Source of the DNA: Eledone cirrhosa
Taxonomy: Eukaryota
NCBI GenBank assembly: GCA_964016885.1
Contig: OZ024751.1
Coordinates: forward strand, 41,416,001 to 41,480,000
Reading direction: 5' to 3'
DNA: 64,000 bases
Shown here: positions 40,773 to 56,773 of the stretch, piece after piece
Layout: every line of letters begins with the position of its first letter
Numbering within the stretch: position 1 is the first letter of the stretch
Position numbers and translations under genes: made by a program
The notes under the pieces: model-generated
What the model was told of the DNA's origin: nothing
What the model saw: the letters and a program-made list of their open reading frames with translations, nothing else
Databases searched by the model: none

Positions 40773-42519
40773 TATGTATATAAATATATATGTATGTATA
40801 TGTATATAAATATATATGTATGTATATGTATATAAATATATATGTATGTATATGTATATAAATATATATGTATGTATATGTATATAAATATATATGTATA
40901 TACATATATATTTATATATATATATACATACATATATATGTATATATATATACGTTGGTGATATCACAAAGCTGTTAAGGATTCCTTAAGAATGTTTCAT
41001 TAAGAAAAATAACACAGTCCGTTAACTTGGAACAGTACGGCATGATAGCTAGAAATGTTATTATTTATAAACATACGAGTATATTATTAAATAGACATTT
41101 CCTCAGAAATGATATCGTTAGGCTTCTTTGTGCAATAAATTCCAGAGGTTTCTATAGAAATATCATTCTTACCCGAGATACCTTTCCTATGTATATATAC
41201 GTTATATAGTATTTGAAGAACATAAACACCATATTTGCAAACATATTATTTTCTGTTATTTCTACATGGGTGTATCGAATATTTGTACATGACATGTTTA
41301 TATAGCTATAGACATGCTTGTTCTCATAAATAAAATTGTTTCTACTTTTGGCACAAGGCCAGCAATTACCCAGTACATTACTGGTACTTTATTTTATCGA
41401 CCCCGTAAGGATGAAAGGCAAAATTAACCTCGTTGGGATTTGAATTCAGAATGGCAAGGGCTGCTGATTTAGGCACAAGGCCAACAATTGTGGGGGAGGG
41501 AAAAGTCGATTAAATCGACGCCAATGCGTTACTAGTATATATAATGGAATCCCCATGTTACATTGAACCACGTCGGTTAGTTTTCTTTAACCTTCCATTT
41601 CGTTAGAAATATCTCACTGTGGTTATCTCGTTTATCTGATAATGAACACATTTTAAAAGATAATTTTGTGTACTATACGAAAGAAGTTGCGGTCGGCAGA
41701 TAGTACCAGTAATTGAAATACCAGTAGAGACATGTTTTACTTCGTCATATCTGATGATTGACTCCTATCTTCTGCAAGCAGTTGCGACGGGCAGATAGTA
41801 TCAGTAATGGAAAGACCAACGAAAACACTGCTTTCTTTGGTCCGATCTGACGATCCATTTCTTATTCGGTAGGAGTGAAATCAGGGATAATGTGTATTAT
41901 ATTAATTTAATGCATAGAAGTAAGAAAACAAAGGCATAGGTGCGTTACTTGGTATAATACCCCATTTGATAAGGAATTAGAAACTGCCATAGCCCTAATC
42001 ATTTTTGCACAGATATCACGATATACTGTTAAAATGTTTCTTTTTTATTTGATTTATAAGAGTCCTGATAGGAAATTGGGTGTTTAAACAAGCATTGTTA
42101 TACTTTATTTTGGAGGTCGAGTCATGCTGTCAATAAAAACACAGGCACCAATTGAGTTTCACTTCGGTTTTTATTACTAGTCAGGTAACTAAGCTATTCA
42201 TCAGTTGATTTAGAAACCAAATGGTTATTTAATTGTCATCCGCCAGACATTCTGTGACCTTATCAATGTCTTCTTTATTCTGTCCTCTGTGTTGTTTCTT
42301 CGTTTTAACACAAAGGACAAAAAAGGTAATTGGCAAGGTGACAGAATGTGTGACGAAAGAACTTTGATAATTAATCAATCATTTGGTTGTCGAACCAACC
42401 GATTTATGGATTAGTTAGACTATCATATTCAATTCGATGGTGGGAGAAGGGTGTCTAGGACGAGAATCATTCGCGTCATTTCTCCTATGAAGGTTCTCCC
42501 CTATTGTTTATAGCTGTTC

Positions 42520-43130
42520 TCAATTTGTGTCAAAGACATACCGGATAATTCTCCTTGACCCAATTAAATTACATTTTTGTAGCAGATCCACTGCCAGATT
42601 TTGGTCTACTTTTCTTTTCAATATTTTTGTTACTGTTTTCAAGACCCCAATGACAAATAACAAGATTATATCCTTGTCAACTTCTTTTTTCCAGGACTTA
42701 AGGACTTCATATTTCAGGTCAGTGTAATGGTTTACTATTCCCTTTCTCTTCTTTTTAAAACTCTGATATCAAATGGACAAACTGCGTCATTTACCAGGAA
42801 TACTTTTCTCTTATCAGTTACCACAATATCCGATTTGTTATGACTTATATTCTTTTCGATTTGTATAGAAAACTCCCATAACAATCTTTTCCAAAACCTT
42901 ATTTTCCTTGTTTTCAAAACCTTAATTTCAGAGCTCACAAAAGGATCAAGGCTCTTTTCTGATCACGCAAACCTAAATTTCTTACAAAAATTCAGTGAAT
43001 TATTACCGCAATTTTATGGTGTCTGCAATTTTTGTAGCCATTTTGAGCTAACTTTAGACATTCTGAAACTTTGTCAGTTAAAATCTCGTCAGTGTCATTA
43101 CTCATTCTACATTTAGGTAAACAGTCCTGC
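42520..43130 (-). mobile_element. Decayed R4/Dong-type (RLE) LINE fragment
   Basis: LLWEFSIQIEKNISHNKSDIVVTDK...AVCPFDIRV resembles the WD-IQTD-RPDIV-ID-P-D restriction-like endonuclease region. Confidence 0.7.
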
Positions 43131-43503
43131 TTATTTTGCATTCTCTTGATTCAATTTAGTTGTTCCTGTCTCGCTGAGGTCTATCGCTATCGCGTGTTTC
43201 TATATGTGTATCTGTGTGTTGTATGCCTACAATGTGTGGAGGATTCTATATCAGTAGAAAAGATTTATATGCATAATAAAGATATTTCAAAATATTTTGG
43301 CTACCATCTGATTTTTTAACTGAACAGATCATTTTGTTGGAGATAATATCTCCCTCCACTGCTCGACATTTCTCAGACCTTAATGTCTGCAAATGAATCA
43401 CCGTTATATTACGTGGCAGATGTAAGGATCTATTATTTCCAATAAAAGGATCTGTGTATGTATGAAACCAGATGATAACCTACATATTGATGTGCCCTAT
43501 CGT

Positions 43504-43540
<37 letters not shown>

Positions 43541-43569
43541 TCTCTCTCTCTCTCACCCTCTCTCTCTCT

Positions 43570-43627
<58 letters not shown>

Positions 43628-43660
43628 TTAATTATACTATTTATGGTTATGCAAATAAAT

Positions 43661-43707
43661 TGCTCCGAAGAATCCAAACCTCGGTTTGGAGGAAACAGTT
43701 GTAAGCA
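43661..43707 (+). ncRNA. Hammerhead-like fold with variant core CCGAAGA
   Basis: TGCT-CCGAAGA-aTCCAAACC tc GGTTTGGAg-GAAA-C AGTT G-TA-AGCA, within a 120-bp cassette between two (TA)n tracts. Confidence 0.65.
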
Positions 43708-43762
43708 TAAAAATGTTTTGAACAGTTCTTTGATTATTATAATTCATATATATATATATATA

Positions 43763-43879
<117 letters not shown>

Positions 43880-44236
43880 CTGCCTGTATGTGTCTGTATA
43901 TGTGTGTGTGTGTGTATATATGTGTGTATGTATGCATGATTATATAAGATGAGTATACAAATGAAAGAGAAAAAAAGTACTCAATACGTCTCACAGAGTT
44001 TATATGTGTTTCTATACAGTGTATAACTGAGAATCGCAGTCAACACCCAATAAAAGTCTTCTTAAGTATCAGTAGTCAACAGCAGCAGTCAACTACAAAG
44101 TCTAAATCAGCCGACGGGGATGGGCTGTCATTAACATCCAATGGAAATCAGTCTCATTTGGTAGCTTTGAAAGACGTTGCACTCAGAACCACACATCTGA
44201 ATGACCAGGAATATATATACATACATATATATACAG

Positions 44237-44308
<72 letters not shown>

Positions 44309-44322
44309 TTATATATAAATAC

Positions 44323-44373
<51 letters not shown>

Positions 44374-44420
44374 TATACAGTTATATATATATATATATAT
44401 ATACATTTATATATAAATAC

Positions 44421-44492
<72 letters not shown>

Positions 44493-44529
44493 TTATATAT
44501 ATATATACATTTATATATAAATACATTTG

Positions 44530-44560
<31 letters not shown>

Positions 44561-44681
44561 TATATATATATATATATACAGTATATATATATATACAGTA
44601 TATATATACATATATATATATGTTAATATATATATGTATGCATGTAATTTTGTATGTATGTATTCATGTGTGCGTGTGTGA

Positions 44682-44750
<69 letters not shown>

Positions 44751-44757
<7 letters not shown>

Positions 44758-45151
44758 GTTTGTATCTGTATAATAAAGCCAAAACAATGCAGGTATGGAC
44801 ATAGAATAAAGAATGCAAATGCAAAAGATATTGTTGACAATTACTCTTTTACCTTAGATTTATTTAAATGTCCTTAATTTTCGAGATAATGTCATGCTGA
44901 CAGGAAACATGCTGACAGGAAATGGTACTCTATACCATTTCCTGTCAGCATGACTTGGCAAGCTATTTAGAACACTGGTTTAACCGCTTTACTTCCCTCC
45001 GAAGAAGAGATATTATCTCGAAAATTAAGGACATTTAAATAAATCTAAGGTAAAAGAGTAATTGTCAACAATATCTTTTGCATTTGCATTCTTTATTCTA
45101 TGTCCATACCTGCATTGTTTTGGCTTTATTATACAGATACAAACGTTTATA
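44751..45151. repeat. Inverted repeat with 140-bp arms enclosing a second hairpin
   Basis: 44751-44890 is the reverse complement of 45012-45151. Inner hairpin at 44908-44952. Confidence 0.9.
44996..45030 (+). ncRNA. Ultra-minimal hammerhead-like fold, core CCGAAGA
   Basis: CCT-CCGAAGA-aGAGAT att ATCTC-GAAA-AT-TA-AGG. Confidence 0.45.
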
Positions 45152-45191
45152 CCTCATTACACAATGCTTCAAGTGAACTATAACCTTCTCC

Positions 45192-45222
<31 letters not shown>

Positions 45223-45401
45223 ATACACACACAATCTGAGTATTATGCAAAGCGTTTTGGTTATTTACATCCGTGATATTGTCATCTACAGAAGTGTCAC
45301 ATTCGAATTGGTTGAACTGCAAAAATAGAAACGAAAATATCAGATATAAGTTGAAACAAAGAAACGTACAAATCTGCAATAATGTGTGTTTGACTGCATG
45401 T

Positions 45402-45505
<104 letters not shown>

Positions 45506-45679
45506 ACACACACACTCACACACACATAAATATATATATTAAATTGTTAAACAATATTCAATGATTATGTCAAAGAATGAGTTTTACAGTAGATTGGAAG
45601 CACTCAACTGAAAATAATTTTCTGGAGTTATTAATATTAAAATATAAGTATCAATAAAATAGATGTTCTTTTGATCAAT

Positions 45680-45738
45680 TACATTTGATTATACATATTT
45701 CGGATGTAAAACAGTACGTCCTCATCAGATAAAATATA
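45680..45738 (-). ncRNA. Minimal type I hammerhead ribozyme
   Basis: Minus strand: tatattttat-CTGATGA-GGACGTA ctgttt TACATCC-GAAA-T ATGT A-TA-atcaaatgta. Canonical G-C pair closes stem II. Confidence 0.75.
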
Positions 45739-45961
45739 ATGATACATGACATACCCTGAGATGTTAAATGGTTAAGATTTAATCAAGGTAATATGTATAT
45801 ATATATATATATATATAAGGTGTGTGTCTGTGTGTCAGTGTTTGTGTGTGTGTGTGTTTTAATACAAAGAAGAAATATCAACATTGATATAGAAATGAAA
45901 CAGAATATTTTCATGCATGTAATTAGTTCCCCTCCTCCCCATCCCCCTCCTCCTCCTCCTC

Positions 45962-46027
<66 letters not shown>

Positions 46028-46040
46028 TTACTACTACTAT

Positions 46041-46111
<71 letters not shown>

Positions 46112-46286
46112 TTACTACTACTATTACTACTACTACTACTATTACTACTACTATTACTACTACTACTACTATTACTACTACTACTACTACTACTACTATT
46201 ACTACTACTATTACTACTACTACTACTACTACTACTATTACTACTACTACTACTATTACTACTACTATTACTACTACTACTACTAT

Positions 46287-46318
<32 letters not shown>

Positions 46319-46361
46319 TTACTACTACTACTACTACTACTACTACTATTACTACTACTAT

Positions 46362-46400
<39 letters not shown>

Positions 46401-46408
46401 ACTACTAT

Positions 46409-46473
<65 letters not shown>
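45962..46473. repeat. (ACT)n trinucleotide array with ATT variants
   Basis: Direct reading. Source of the poly-T/poly-L pseudo-ORF. Confidence 0.97.
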
Positions 46474-46478
<5 letters not shown>

Positions 46479-46905
46479 TCTTCGTCATATTTTGTTCTGC
46501 CCCACCCCTCCCTCTCTCTCCGCCGATAATATCATTCTTCTCTTCATCCTCCACCCCCACCGAATAATACTTCCAGTTCACAAGCTCCATTTCCGCTTAA
46601 TTATCGACTGCCCTTATTTAAGGAGCACCAGTCTTCAGTATTTCTCTCCCCATTCTATTCTTATTGTCTTGTCGTAAACATCCGAAGTATTCTCTCTCTT
46701 TCAACATTTTCCCACCTGCACCAATATAACTTTTTCTTTAGTCCAGTTTGGTTTACCTGCCTGTAGTCTTTCGATTGTTGTAGATAATTTCGGTAGGTAT
46801 CGTGTTTTTCTGGGCACCGTATCATCACATTTCATCGAAAGACACTCGTATTTCGTGTATTAGTTTCTCGTGTTGTGTGTTCCTTAGTCGCCAGTATGTA
46901 TGTAT

Positions 46906-46994
<89 letters not shown>

Positions 46995-46997
<3 letters not shown>

Positions 46998-47557
46998 GGG
47001 TTGAACAAAATAATGGAAACACCTAGCATCATAACATCATAATTTTGAAATATCTATAAAACCGTCAAAAGCTTGTTTTTTGTTATTGTTCTCGAGGTGG
47101 TCATTAAGCTTTGCAGTAATTTTGGGAGCTGTACTTTTGTGATCCTTTCTAACAATTTGCGTAAGAGTCCGATGGTCCCTATTTGAAAAGTTTTGGTTTT
47201 CTTCCGGAGTTTTGTTTCAGCGAGGAAGTTTTTCCCTCTTTCTCAAAGGCTGTCATTACTTTCGAGACAGTACTTCTTGATACACCAAACATTTCGGCTG
47301 TTTTCGTTACGCTGGCGCCTGCCATACAATCACCAACAATTTGACCTCTTTGAAACTCCGATAGATCTGTCATTTTAATGAATTTTAATTACCTTTTTCT
47401 GATGATATCTGAAAAGAACCAGCAATTTTAACAAAATATATTAAGCAACACTAATAATAAATCAAAAAACATAAAAATAAACAAGCTTTTGACGGTTTTA
47501 TAGATATTTCAAAATTATGATGCTATGATGTGTTTCTATTATTTTATCCAACCCCTG
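46995..47557 (-). mobile_element. Internally deleted Tc1-family transposon
   Basis: TIRs of about 85 bp (CAGGGGTTG...CAACCCCTG) with TA flanks. Remnant transposase HTH MTDLSEFQRGQIVG...GRKPKL at 47373-47179. Confidence 0.88.
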
Positions 47558-50274
47558 TATATATATATATATATATATATATACATCCCAGATAGTTAAG
47601 CAGCTGAATGAGACACTTTCATTGGGAGATGAACATTTATTTTTGTACACTATATACCTTGAAGATTCTATTTGAAATGTAAATTGCTGTGAATTCCTTT
47701 AGTCCATTGTCAAATACATCTATATGAACTACGAAGTTTGTTTTTATCAGCCATCATCTAAACTGCGATAGTTCTTTAACTCTTAACGTCTTATATCACA
47801 TGGACTCGCCTTAGCAAGACATTCGTGGAAAGTAAGGTTTAAAACAGTGATAAGACTGCATTCTGGATTGGCAGTATCGGTAGAGGGTCGGACGCCATGC
47901 TTAGCAGCATAGAGTTACGGCCTTTATGATCTGAGTTCAAATCCCGCCGAGGTTAACTTTGCTGTTCATCTTTACGGGGTCGATAAAATAAAGTGCCAGT
48001 AATACACTGGGATAATTGCTGGCCTTGTGACAAAAGTAGAAACAATTATATTAGCAATGTAAGTCTTTACGCTAATATTTAACTTTTCGCAATCATCTGT
48101 TTAATAGTAAAGATAATACAGACATCGGAATTAAATTTAAAATATTCTTTGCTCAATCATTACAGAGTGTTATGAGTTAAGTCGCTATCACATTAGGGAC
48201 CTTGTTTACAAATAACTATTCTATTTATCCCTTGCATATAAACAACCTTCTTTAACACCATGTATATATATTATCAATATAAGTTTATCAGCCCTGTTTT
48301 TGATAACACTCCCAAACTATGCGTATGTATAGCTATTTCTTTTTCTAACACATTCAGCCCACACAAAGCAATAAGATCACTAAAATACAAGGGAAACATA
48401 ATTCAAGTAGAGAGAAGATGGCGATTGATGTTGCTTTAAAATATTTGAACATTGAAGCTATTAAGACAGCGAGAAGGCGAAAGAGTATTCCATAGAAAAG
48501 ATGTGCGAAGGAAGAAATTATCAGAATAAAATTTATAATAGTATTTAGAAACTTCTGCTGTAAAGGGGGTGAGATCTAGCTGCCGATCTGGTACAACTAC
48601 AGACGCCATATTGCTTTATTTTGAAGTTAGGGGTGGAAATACTATCGTGTTACTACAAGTAGGGCTTAACTTCTTTATTAGTAGGTTATCTAAACTAAGG
48701 GAGACTAGTCAAGGATTATCCCTTTTATAACTTTTACATCACGCTTCTACTTGGGGATCAGCAGTATCATTTCTATATAATCCACTCCATTAGACTTTCA
48801 CATAATAACAGTTTATAGAACCTGAGAATTTATTCTATTCAAAAGTGGTGTTATTGTCCTTAACATCATAAACATCTCCGCCCATTCTGTAGGAAAATCT
48901 AAGATTTCTATTTTTCAATATTAATGACTTCCGTGCCGATCATTTACCCAATTCTTGTCCAGAAGAACTGTCATCATATGGGAATCTACGTCAGTCCATA
49001 TTTGTTCTGTATACACGTACTTGAAGATAAACATTAATCGTGTCTATCCCATCAGTCGGAAAGAAGGTATAAGATCTATGGTTAATAATCCTCTTCCAGA
49101 CACTAAATAAAGTAAAGATCTTTAAGCACTAAAGCACATAATGAGATAAGTTTCGTATCAAGAAATGCACCTGATAAACCTACACAGTAGCTAGATTTGA
49201 AGAAACATAGGCAGTTATAGTTTGGACGAATATTATGCAAATTGATCCTAATTCTTGATGAGGTCGTGGAGGTCACACGACGTATCTTGGGAATTTTGAA
49301 ACTTAGCAGAGCCTATCCATATCCATATCCCCATCAAAGTCAGCTCATGAAAGTTTCAAGAATTCCACAGAATATTGATTTTCTACTTTGTCAAAATATT
49401 ACAATTTTATATGTCATGGATATGAAATTTGACCTGTAGCCTGAATACAAATACATGATTTTCTGGCTGCAGATAGTGAGGGTGCCATAAACACAACCTA
49501 ATTATACCTGACAAATACGAACTGGTAAGTGACAGAATATTATTAAGATTAAACTATCAAACACGAAACGAACGGAGTGGACGTATTATACGGATTTAAC
49601 AATATAATTAAAATCATATTGATATCTGAGAAACATGATCTTTTTTTCGAATTATAATCAAAACAATAATTGACACCTTTAAAAATACATTCACCAATTC
49701 CTAATAACAAGAGACATGTATGGGCTTTAGAGAAAAATCGATATTAGAGTCGAGAATGTTTTGTAGATTTCTATGACGTGGACGTTTGTGTTTGATCTTA
49801 GTCGCTTCCTATAAAGAATGTCCCAGTTGATTCGATCAATTGCTCGTGAAATTAAAATCCAGGTGGCTGAGTATTCCACAGACACGTGTACCCTTAACGT
49901 AGTTCTCAGAGAGATTCAACATAATATACTGTGTAACAATGCTCCTTTGAATTGCAGGTAAAACTCATTTGTTTGCCAGGTGAAAAAATACATTAGACAA
50001 TACAGTTAAATATATACAATGATTGAAAACAAATCGATATGTTCCCGATTGGAAATACTTATCTGTTCAATCAGGTAAACCTGGTGTTAAACAACAGCAA
50101 CAACTTAACACATATACAAATGCACACAAGTATGCGTATATATACACATGCATACACACACACATATGTATATATATATGTATATATACCACTTATATGT
50201 ATAGACAACAACTATAACTTAACTCATATACAAATATATATATATATACACACACTTGCACACATACAAACACA

Positions 50275-50340
<66 letters not shown>

Positions 50341-50559
50341 ATATACATGTATATACAGCAGCAACAATTTAATTCATATAAAAATACACACAGTCACAAA
50401 CTCACGTATATATACACATGCATGCACACATATAGACATATATGTGTGTACTACATATATGTACATACAACAGCAACAACTTAACTAATATGCAAATACA
50501 CACACAAACACTACCACACACATGCATACATACACATGCATACGCACCTACACACACGC

Positions 50560-50604
<45 letters not shown>

Positions 50605-50904
50605 GGTGCGTGGCTGAGTGGTAAGAGAATTGGATTCACAATTGTGAGGTTATAGGTTCGATTGCTGGACCAGATGATGCGTTATGTCCTTGGGCAAGAC
50701 ACTTTACTTCACGTTGCTCCTTCTATCTGGAGTTGCGACCGATAGATGGTACTAGCAATTGGAAAGAGCAACGGAAACAATGTTTCCGTTCGTCTATATA
50801 TATATATATATATATATACATTCATTGAAGCTTGGTTGGTTCACCACTGGATAGAACTTTAAGGGGATTTCACCAGTCCGACCTCCTTCTGTCATTTATT
50901 CAAA

Positions 50905-50951
<47 letters not shown>

Positions 50952-51142
50952 CACTTGGATATAAATAGTTCCGTATACAAAGAAATAAAAGAGAGTACTC
51001 AATGGGGCAAATGGTGTGTTAAAACTACTTTATTAAGTTGAAATATCAAATTTCAGGAGTTCCACGTCTCGGATTCTGAAATAAAATTTGAGGAATGCAA
51101 CTGAAAACCATTAGCAACGATAATGGAAACTAAAAGAAAAGC

Positions 51143-51235
<93 letters not shown>

Positions 51236-51967
51236 ATATGTATATATAAGGGCGATATAGATAGTGTGTGTGTCTATGTATGCGTGACATACACACATAT
51301 ATACATACATAAACACACACAATATTTATATATATACATATATACATATATGTATATATACACACATATATATATATATATATACATATATATATAACAC
51401 AAAAATAGCAAAGATGAAAATTAAATCATTTTATTCTCCTAACACATGATTGTACAAAGATTAATAATAAAAACAAGAAGCAAAAAAAACTTGCTCAAGC
51501 TCCATATTTATCATATGTATCATATAATAGATATATTTATATATATATATTACAATCTGAACGACGGGGTTCCACTCAGTTTTAGGTAGATTATACTTTG
51601 ATAACTTTGATAGGTTTTGGCCAGTATTAGCCCAGGCCATGTATAACTTAATAGCAAGATCACTTTCACTGACAATGCATTATTTAACCAAAGACTATTG
51701 TAGATGTCTCTCATCCAATGGGGCCCCGGTCTGGGATTGAACCCCTGAACGCCATCTTCATTCAGTTATGCGTTCTTTTGCTACGTATAGCATGTTTAGT
51801 AAGTAGCTTAGCTAGCATTTACAGAAAGGTGTTTTAGAATCCTGTGTGTTTCGTTAAAGCTATTAAAATAAATGGTATCATTTGCTTGAACCCTTCTAAA
51901 TAACTCTTCGTTCGAGCATCAGCTGCCAAACATACCTACACACACACAAAAATATATATATATCATA

Positions 51968-52083
<116 letters not shown>

Positions 52084-52177
52084 GTGTGTGTATATATAAT
52101 ATATAATGTATATATATAATATATAATGTATATATATATTAAAATAACAGATTTTAGTCTTCAAATTTATTATTAAT

Positions 52178-52236
<59 letters not shown>

Positions 52237-52338
52237 GTATAATATTATAATATGTATATATTTATTTCTTTATCCATCTGCATGTTATTTAATCACTGCA
52301 CAACAAACAAACATACAAAATTATATCTTTCCTCCAAC

Positions 52339-52444
<106 letters not shown>

Positions 52445-52737
52445 TGCACAAATCTTCTTTCTCTCGCAGATTGTTTGGTAAATCGTATTAACAGCTCAAC
52501 CAGCTGAGACAGTTTCAATGATATATATACAACATTCCTTCTCTTATCAGCTGTGCATTTCAAGCCATAGTTTATTTTGCTTCCCATATTATGATATGTT
52601 TGCATTCAACAGCTCTACGCAGTTTCAATACCTTATATCTATAAATCGCTCTTCACTGTTGTAGCAATATTTTTTTAAATCTTTGCTTTCAATTGATATT
52701 TAATTCATAAATATTTATTGCTTGATAAAATATTTAG

Positions 52738-54530
52738 AAATATATATATTTCTTAAATATATATTTCTTAAATATATATTTCTTAAATATATATTTCTTA
52801 AATATATATTTATTAAATATATATTTATTAAATATGTATTTCTTAAATATATATTTCTTAAATATATATTTCTTAAATATATATTTCTTAAATATATATT
52901 TCTTAAATATATATTTCTTAAATATATATTTCTTAAATATATATTTCTTAAATATGTATTTCTTAAATATATATTTATTAAATATATATTTATTAAATAT
53001 GTATTTCTTAAATATATATTTATTAAATATATATTTATTAAATATATATTTATTAAATATGTATTTCTTAAATATATATTTATTAAATATATATTTATTA
53101 AATATATATTTATTAAATATATATTTATTAAATATATATTTCTTAAATATATATTTCTTAAATATATATTTCTTAAATATATATTTCTTAAATATATATT
53201 TCTTAAATATGTATTTCTTAAATATGTATTTCTTAAATATATATTTCTTAAATATATATTTATTAAATATATATTTATTAAATATATATTTATTAAATAT
53301 ATATTTCTTAAATATATATTTCTTACATATGTATTTATTAAATATGTATTTCTTAAATATGTATTTCTTAAATATATATTTATTAAATATGTATTTCTTA
53401 AATATATATTTCTTAAATATATATTTCTTAAATATGTATTTCTTAAATATGTATTTCTTAAATATGTATTTATTAAATATGTATTTCTTAAATATATATA
53501 TATTAAATATGTATTTCTTAAATATGTATTTCTTAAATATATATTTATTAAATATATATTTATTAAATATGTATTTCTTAAATATATATTCCTAAAATAT
53601 ATATTTCTGCAATATATATTTCTTAAATATATATACAGTGTAAATCCGTTATAATGAAATTCATGAGGTCTAAAAAAAAGTTCGTTGTAATGAAAAATTC
53701 TTTTTAACGAGATCGACCTAACAAATCGAGCGTGTGGATTGAAAAGAATTTCATTATACTTAAAAATTCGTTATAATGGTATACGTTTTAACGGAATTTT
53801 ACCTGTATTTCTTAAATATGCATTTCTTAAATATTTATTTTTTAAATATATATTTATTAAATATGCATTTCTTAAATATATATTTATTAAATATATATTT
53901 CTTCAATATATATTTCTTAAATATATATTTCTTAAATATATATTTCTTAAATATATATTTCTTAAATATATATTTATTAAATACATATTTTGTAAATATA
54001 TATTTCTTAAATATATATTTCTTCAATATATATTTCTTAAATATATATTTCTTAAATATATATTTCTTAAATATATATTTCTTAAATATATATTTATTAA
54101 ATACATATTTTGTAAATATATATTTCTTAAATATATATTTCTTCAATATATATTTCTTAAATATATATTTCTTAAATATATATTTCTTAAATATATATTT
54201 CTTAAATATATATTTATTAAATATATATTTCTTAAATATATATTTATTAAATATATATTTCTTCAATATATATTTATTAAATATATATTTATTAAATATA
54301 TATTTCTTCAATATATATTTCTTAAATATATATTTATTGAATATATATTTCTTAATTATATATTTGTTAAATATATATTTATTAAATTTATATTTCTTAA
54401 ATATATATTTCTTAAATATGTATTTCTTAAATATATATTTCTTAAATATATATTTATTAAATATGTATTTCTTAAAAATGTATTTCTTAAATATATATTT
54501 CTTAAATATATATTTATTATATATATATCT
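52738..54530. repeat. 15-bp minisatellite t(c/a)ttaaatat(a/g)tatt, two blocks
   Basis: Tandem units give the KYIFL pseudo-ORFs. Split at 53636-53805. Confidence 0.97.
53636..53805. mobile_element. pogo/Tigger-like MITE, 170 bp
   Basis: TA-CAGTGTAAATCCGTTATAA ... TTTTAACGGAATTTTACCTG-TA, with internal cgttataa repeats. Confidence 0.7.
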
Positions 54531-55225
54531 TAATCTCTTCTCTTAATGATAGAAAATATATAAATTTAGATTTAAACATTTCATACAGTTTCTTTTCATT
54601 CTCCTGAGATAAGCCCCTTTAGATGACATCAAGCAAATAAAATGATACACTCCGACAATATCTCTATCTAATATATATCATTTCCTTACATGTTAATGAA
54701 TATATTTAGTACTATGTTTTCTAATTCCACTTTTATTAATATTTTTTCCACAGTCTCATACCAGATTCTCCTGCATCTCTAGATGAACCTCCATGTTTCT
54801 GAGATGTGTGCAACATTGTGTGTTCTTATATTTAAGTTGCGGGCAGTATAGACCCCTCTTGATAATGTACTATATCAGTTTTGTTTTCTTGTGGGATTCA
54901 GCTTGCTGTTTCTTGTGTTGCTTGAGTGTTTGTTCTGTGGTGTATGATATGTGTAATGTGTGAGTTGTGTTATTTCATTAGGTATTAATCTTGTAGTGAA
55001 TATATATTGTGTGAGTTATGTTATTTTATAAGGTATTAATCCTGTAGAGTATATATTGTAAAGTATAAATTGTGTTACTTTATTAGATGCCTTTTATATA
55101 CAGAGTATTCAACAAGTGTGGAGATTATTCTATTTGTTCTTATTGTATACGGAGTATCTTATGTGTGGAAATAAATCTATTTCAGTTGGGATATTCAATC
55201 GATAATATCTTACGTAGTTTAATGA

Positions 55226-55500
55226 GTGTTTTTACCAGAACTATTTTTGGACAATGTGCAGCGTTGCAAGGCATGCCACAGCTTCTATGTTCTTCACATG
55301 TTTCTTTTATTATTACACAGTGCTCTACTAATTATTGCCACAATTTTTACGTTGATGCCCCATATTTCGCATATTTCAATTCCAAGATCCTTGTATTTTG
55401 ACAATTTTTCTTCATCGTTTCGGGAAATATTTTGGTCAGAAGGAATTACTATGTTTATCAGTGTGAATGTGTTTATTTTTTTCCCATCCTTGATTAGGAT
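55226..55500 (-). mobile_element. Decayed R4/Dong-type (RLE) LINE fragment
   Basis: INIVIPSDQNISRNDEEKLSKYKDLGIEICEIW...IVAIISRAL. Confidence 0.7.
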
Positions 55501-55862
55501 TATCAATAATATGAATATATCAGAATCAAACGCGTATACACCCATAGACGGACGGACACATACGCACACACATACAAAAACATACACAATTACACCTATA
55601 TATATCTTTATATATATATATATACATATATGCACTCACATTTATATATAGATATACACACTCACAAAAGCATACATACATATATATGTATATATTAACA
55701 GTTTGACTTTATCTATGCATTAGAAAACGGTTTCTTAATCGTAAATACGACAGCGAATTATATACAGAACATCTCTCATGTAGTTTATTTTAATTCCATC
55801 GTTTTAAAACTCCTCTGATGTTGGACAACCTTGTTTATTATATTGGCAGCATTAACTCGTGC

Positions 55863-55927
<65 letters not shown>

Positions 55928-56244
55928 TATGAATGTATGTATAGTATATTTGGCAATATACCGTATGTTTAATTAAAAACATTTAGAAGACCATTCGCTA
56001 TCAGTTTTAAAGTAGTGACTATGTCACTTTCTTATTTACGACAAAGGTAGGGAGAGAGGCTGACAGTCTGTTTCTCGCTGTTTGGCGTTTATCAAAACCA
56101 CGCACTCCCATGCCTTTGCCGAACATTATAGAATCTGGATTCTTATAGAATTCCAGTAATAACCAGGAGCTATATGAATGTATGTATGAATATGTGTACG
56201 TAAATGTATTAATCTATATATTAGGGGTGTATATATTTATATAT

Positions 56245-56432
56245 AATTGTTTCTACTTTTGGCACAAGGCCAGCAATTACCCAGTACATTACTGGTACTT
56301 TATTTTATCGACTCCGTAAGGATGAAAGGCAAAGTTAACCTCGGCGGGATTTGAACTCAGAACACAAAGGGCCGTAACTCTTTGCTGCAAAGCATGGTGT
56401 CCGACCCTCTACCGATACTGCCAAACCACCGC
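56245..56432 (-). mobile_element. Full-length SINE family A
   Basis: Reverse complement of 56774-56965 with few differences. Confidence 0.85.
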
Positions 56433-56773
56433 CCCTTTATATATATTTATATATATATATTTATATATTATGAACGTGCATATATCTCGCTGTGGGTATA
56501 TATGTTCAATATTCTTTGATTGGTTTGTTGATATCCGTCATTGGCCACCAGCCATGTTGATGAACGGCCTTCGAGGAATTAGTTGAACATGTTACCTCAA
56601 TACATAGGAGATTAATTACCTGCTTTTTCTGATCACCGAGAGAGAGAGAAAGGGAGAGAGAATGTTTATAGCTACACCCTTTTATTGGCTGATAAGAAAT
56701 GTAATGAAGTTCTTCCTATTATTTTATACTAAGTGCATTTAATTTCAGATTAGAGAGCATTATTATTAACCAT

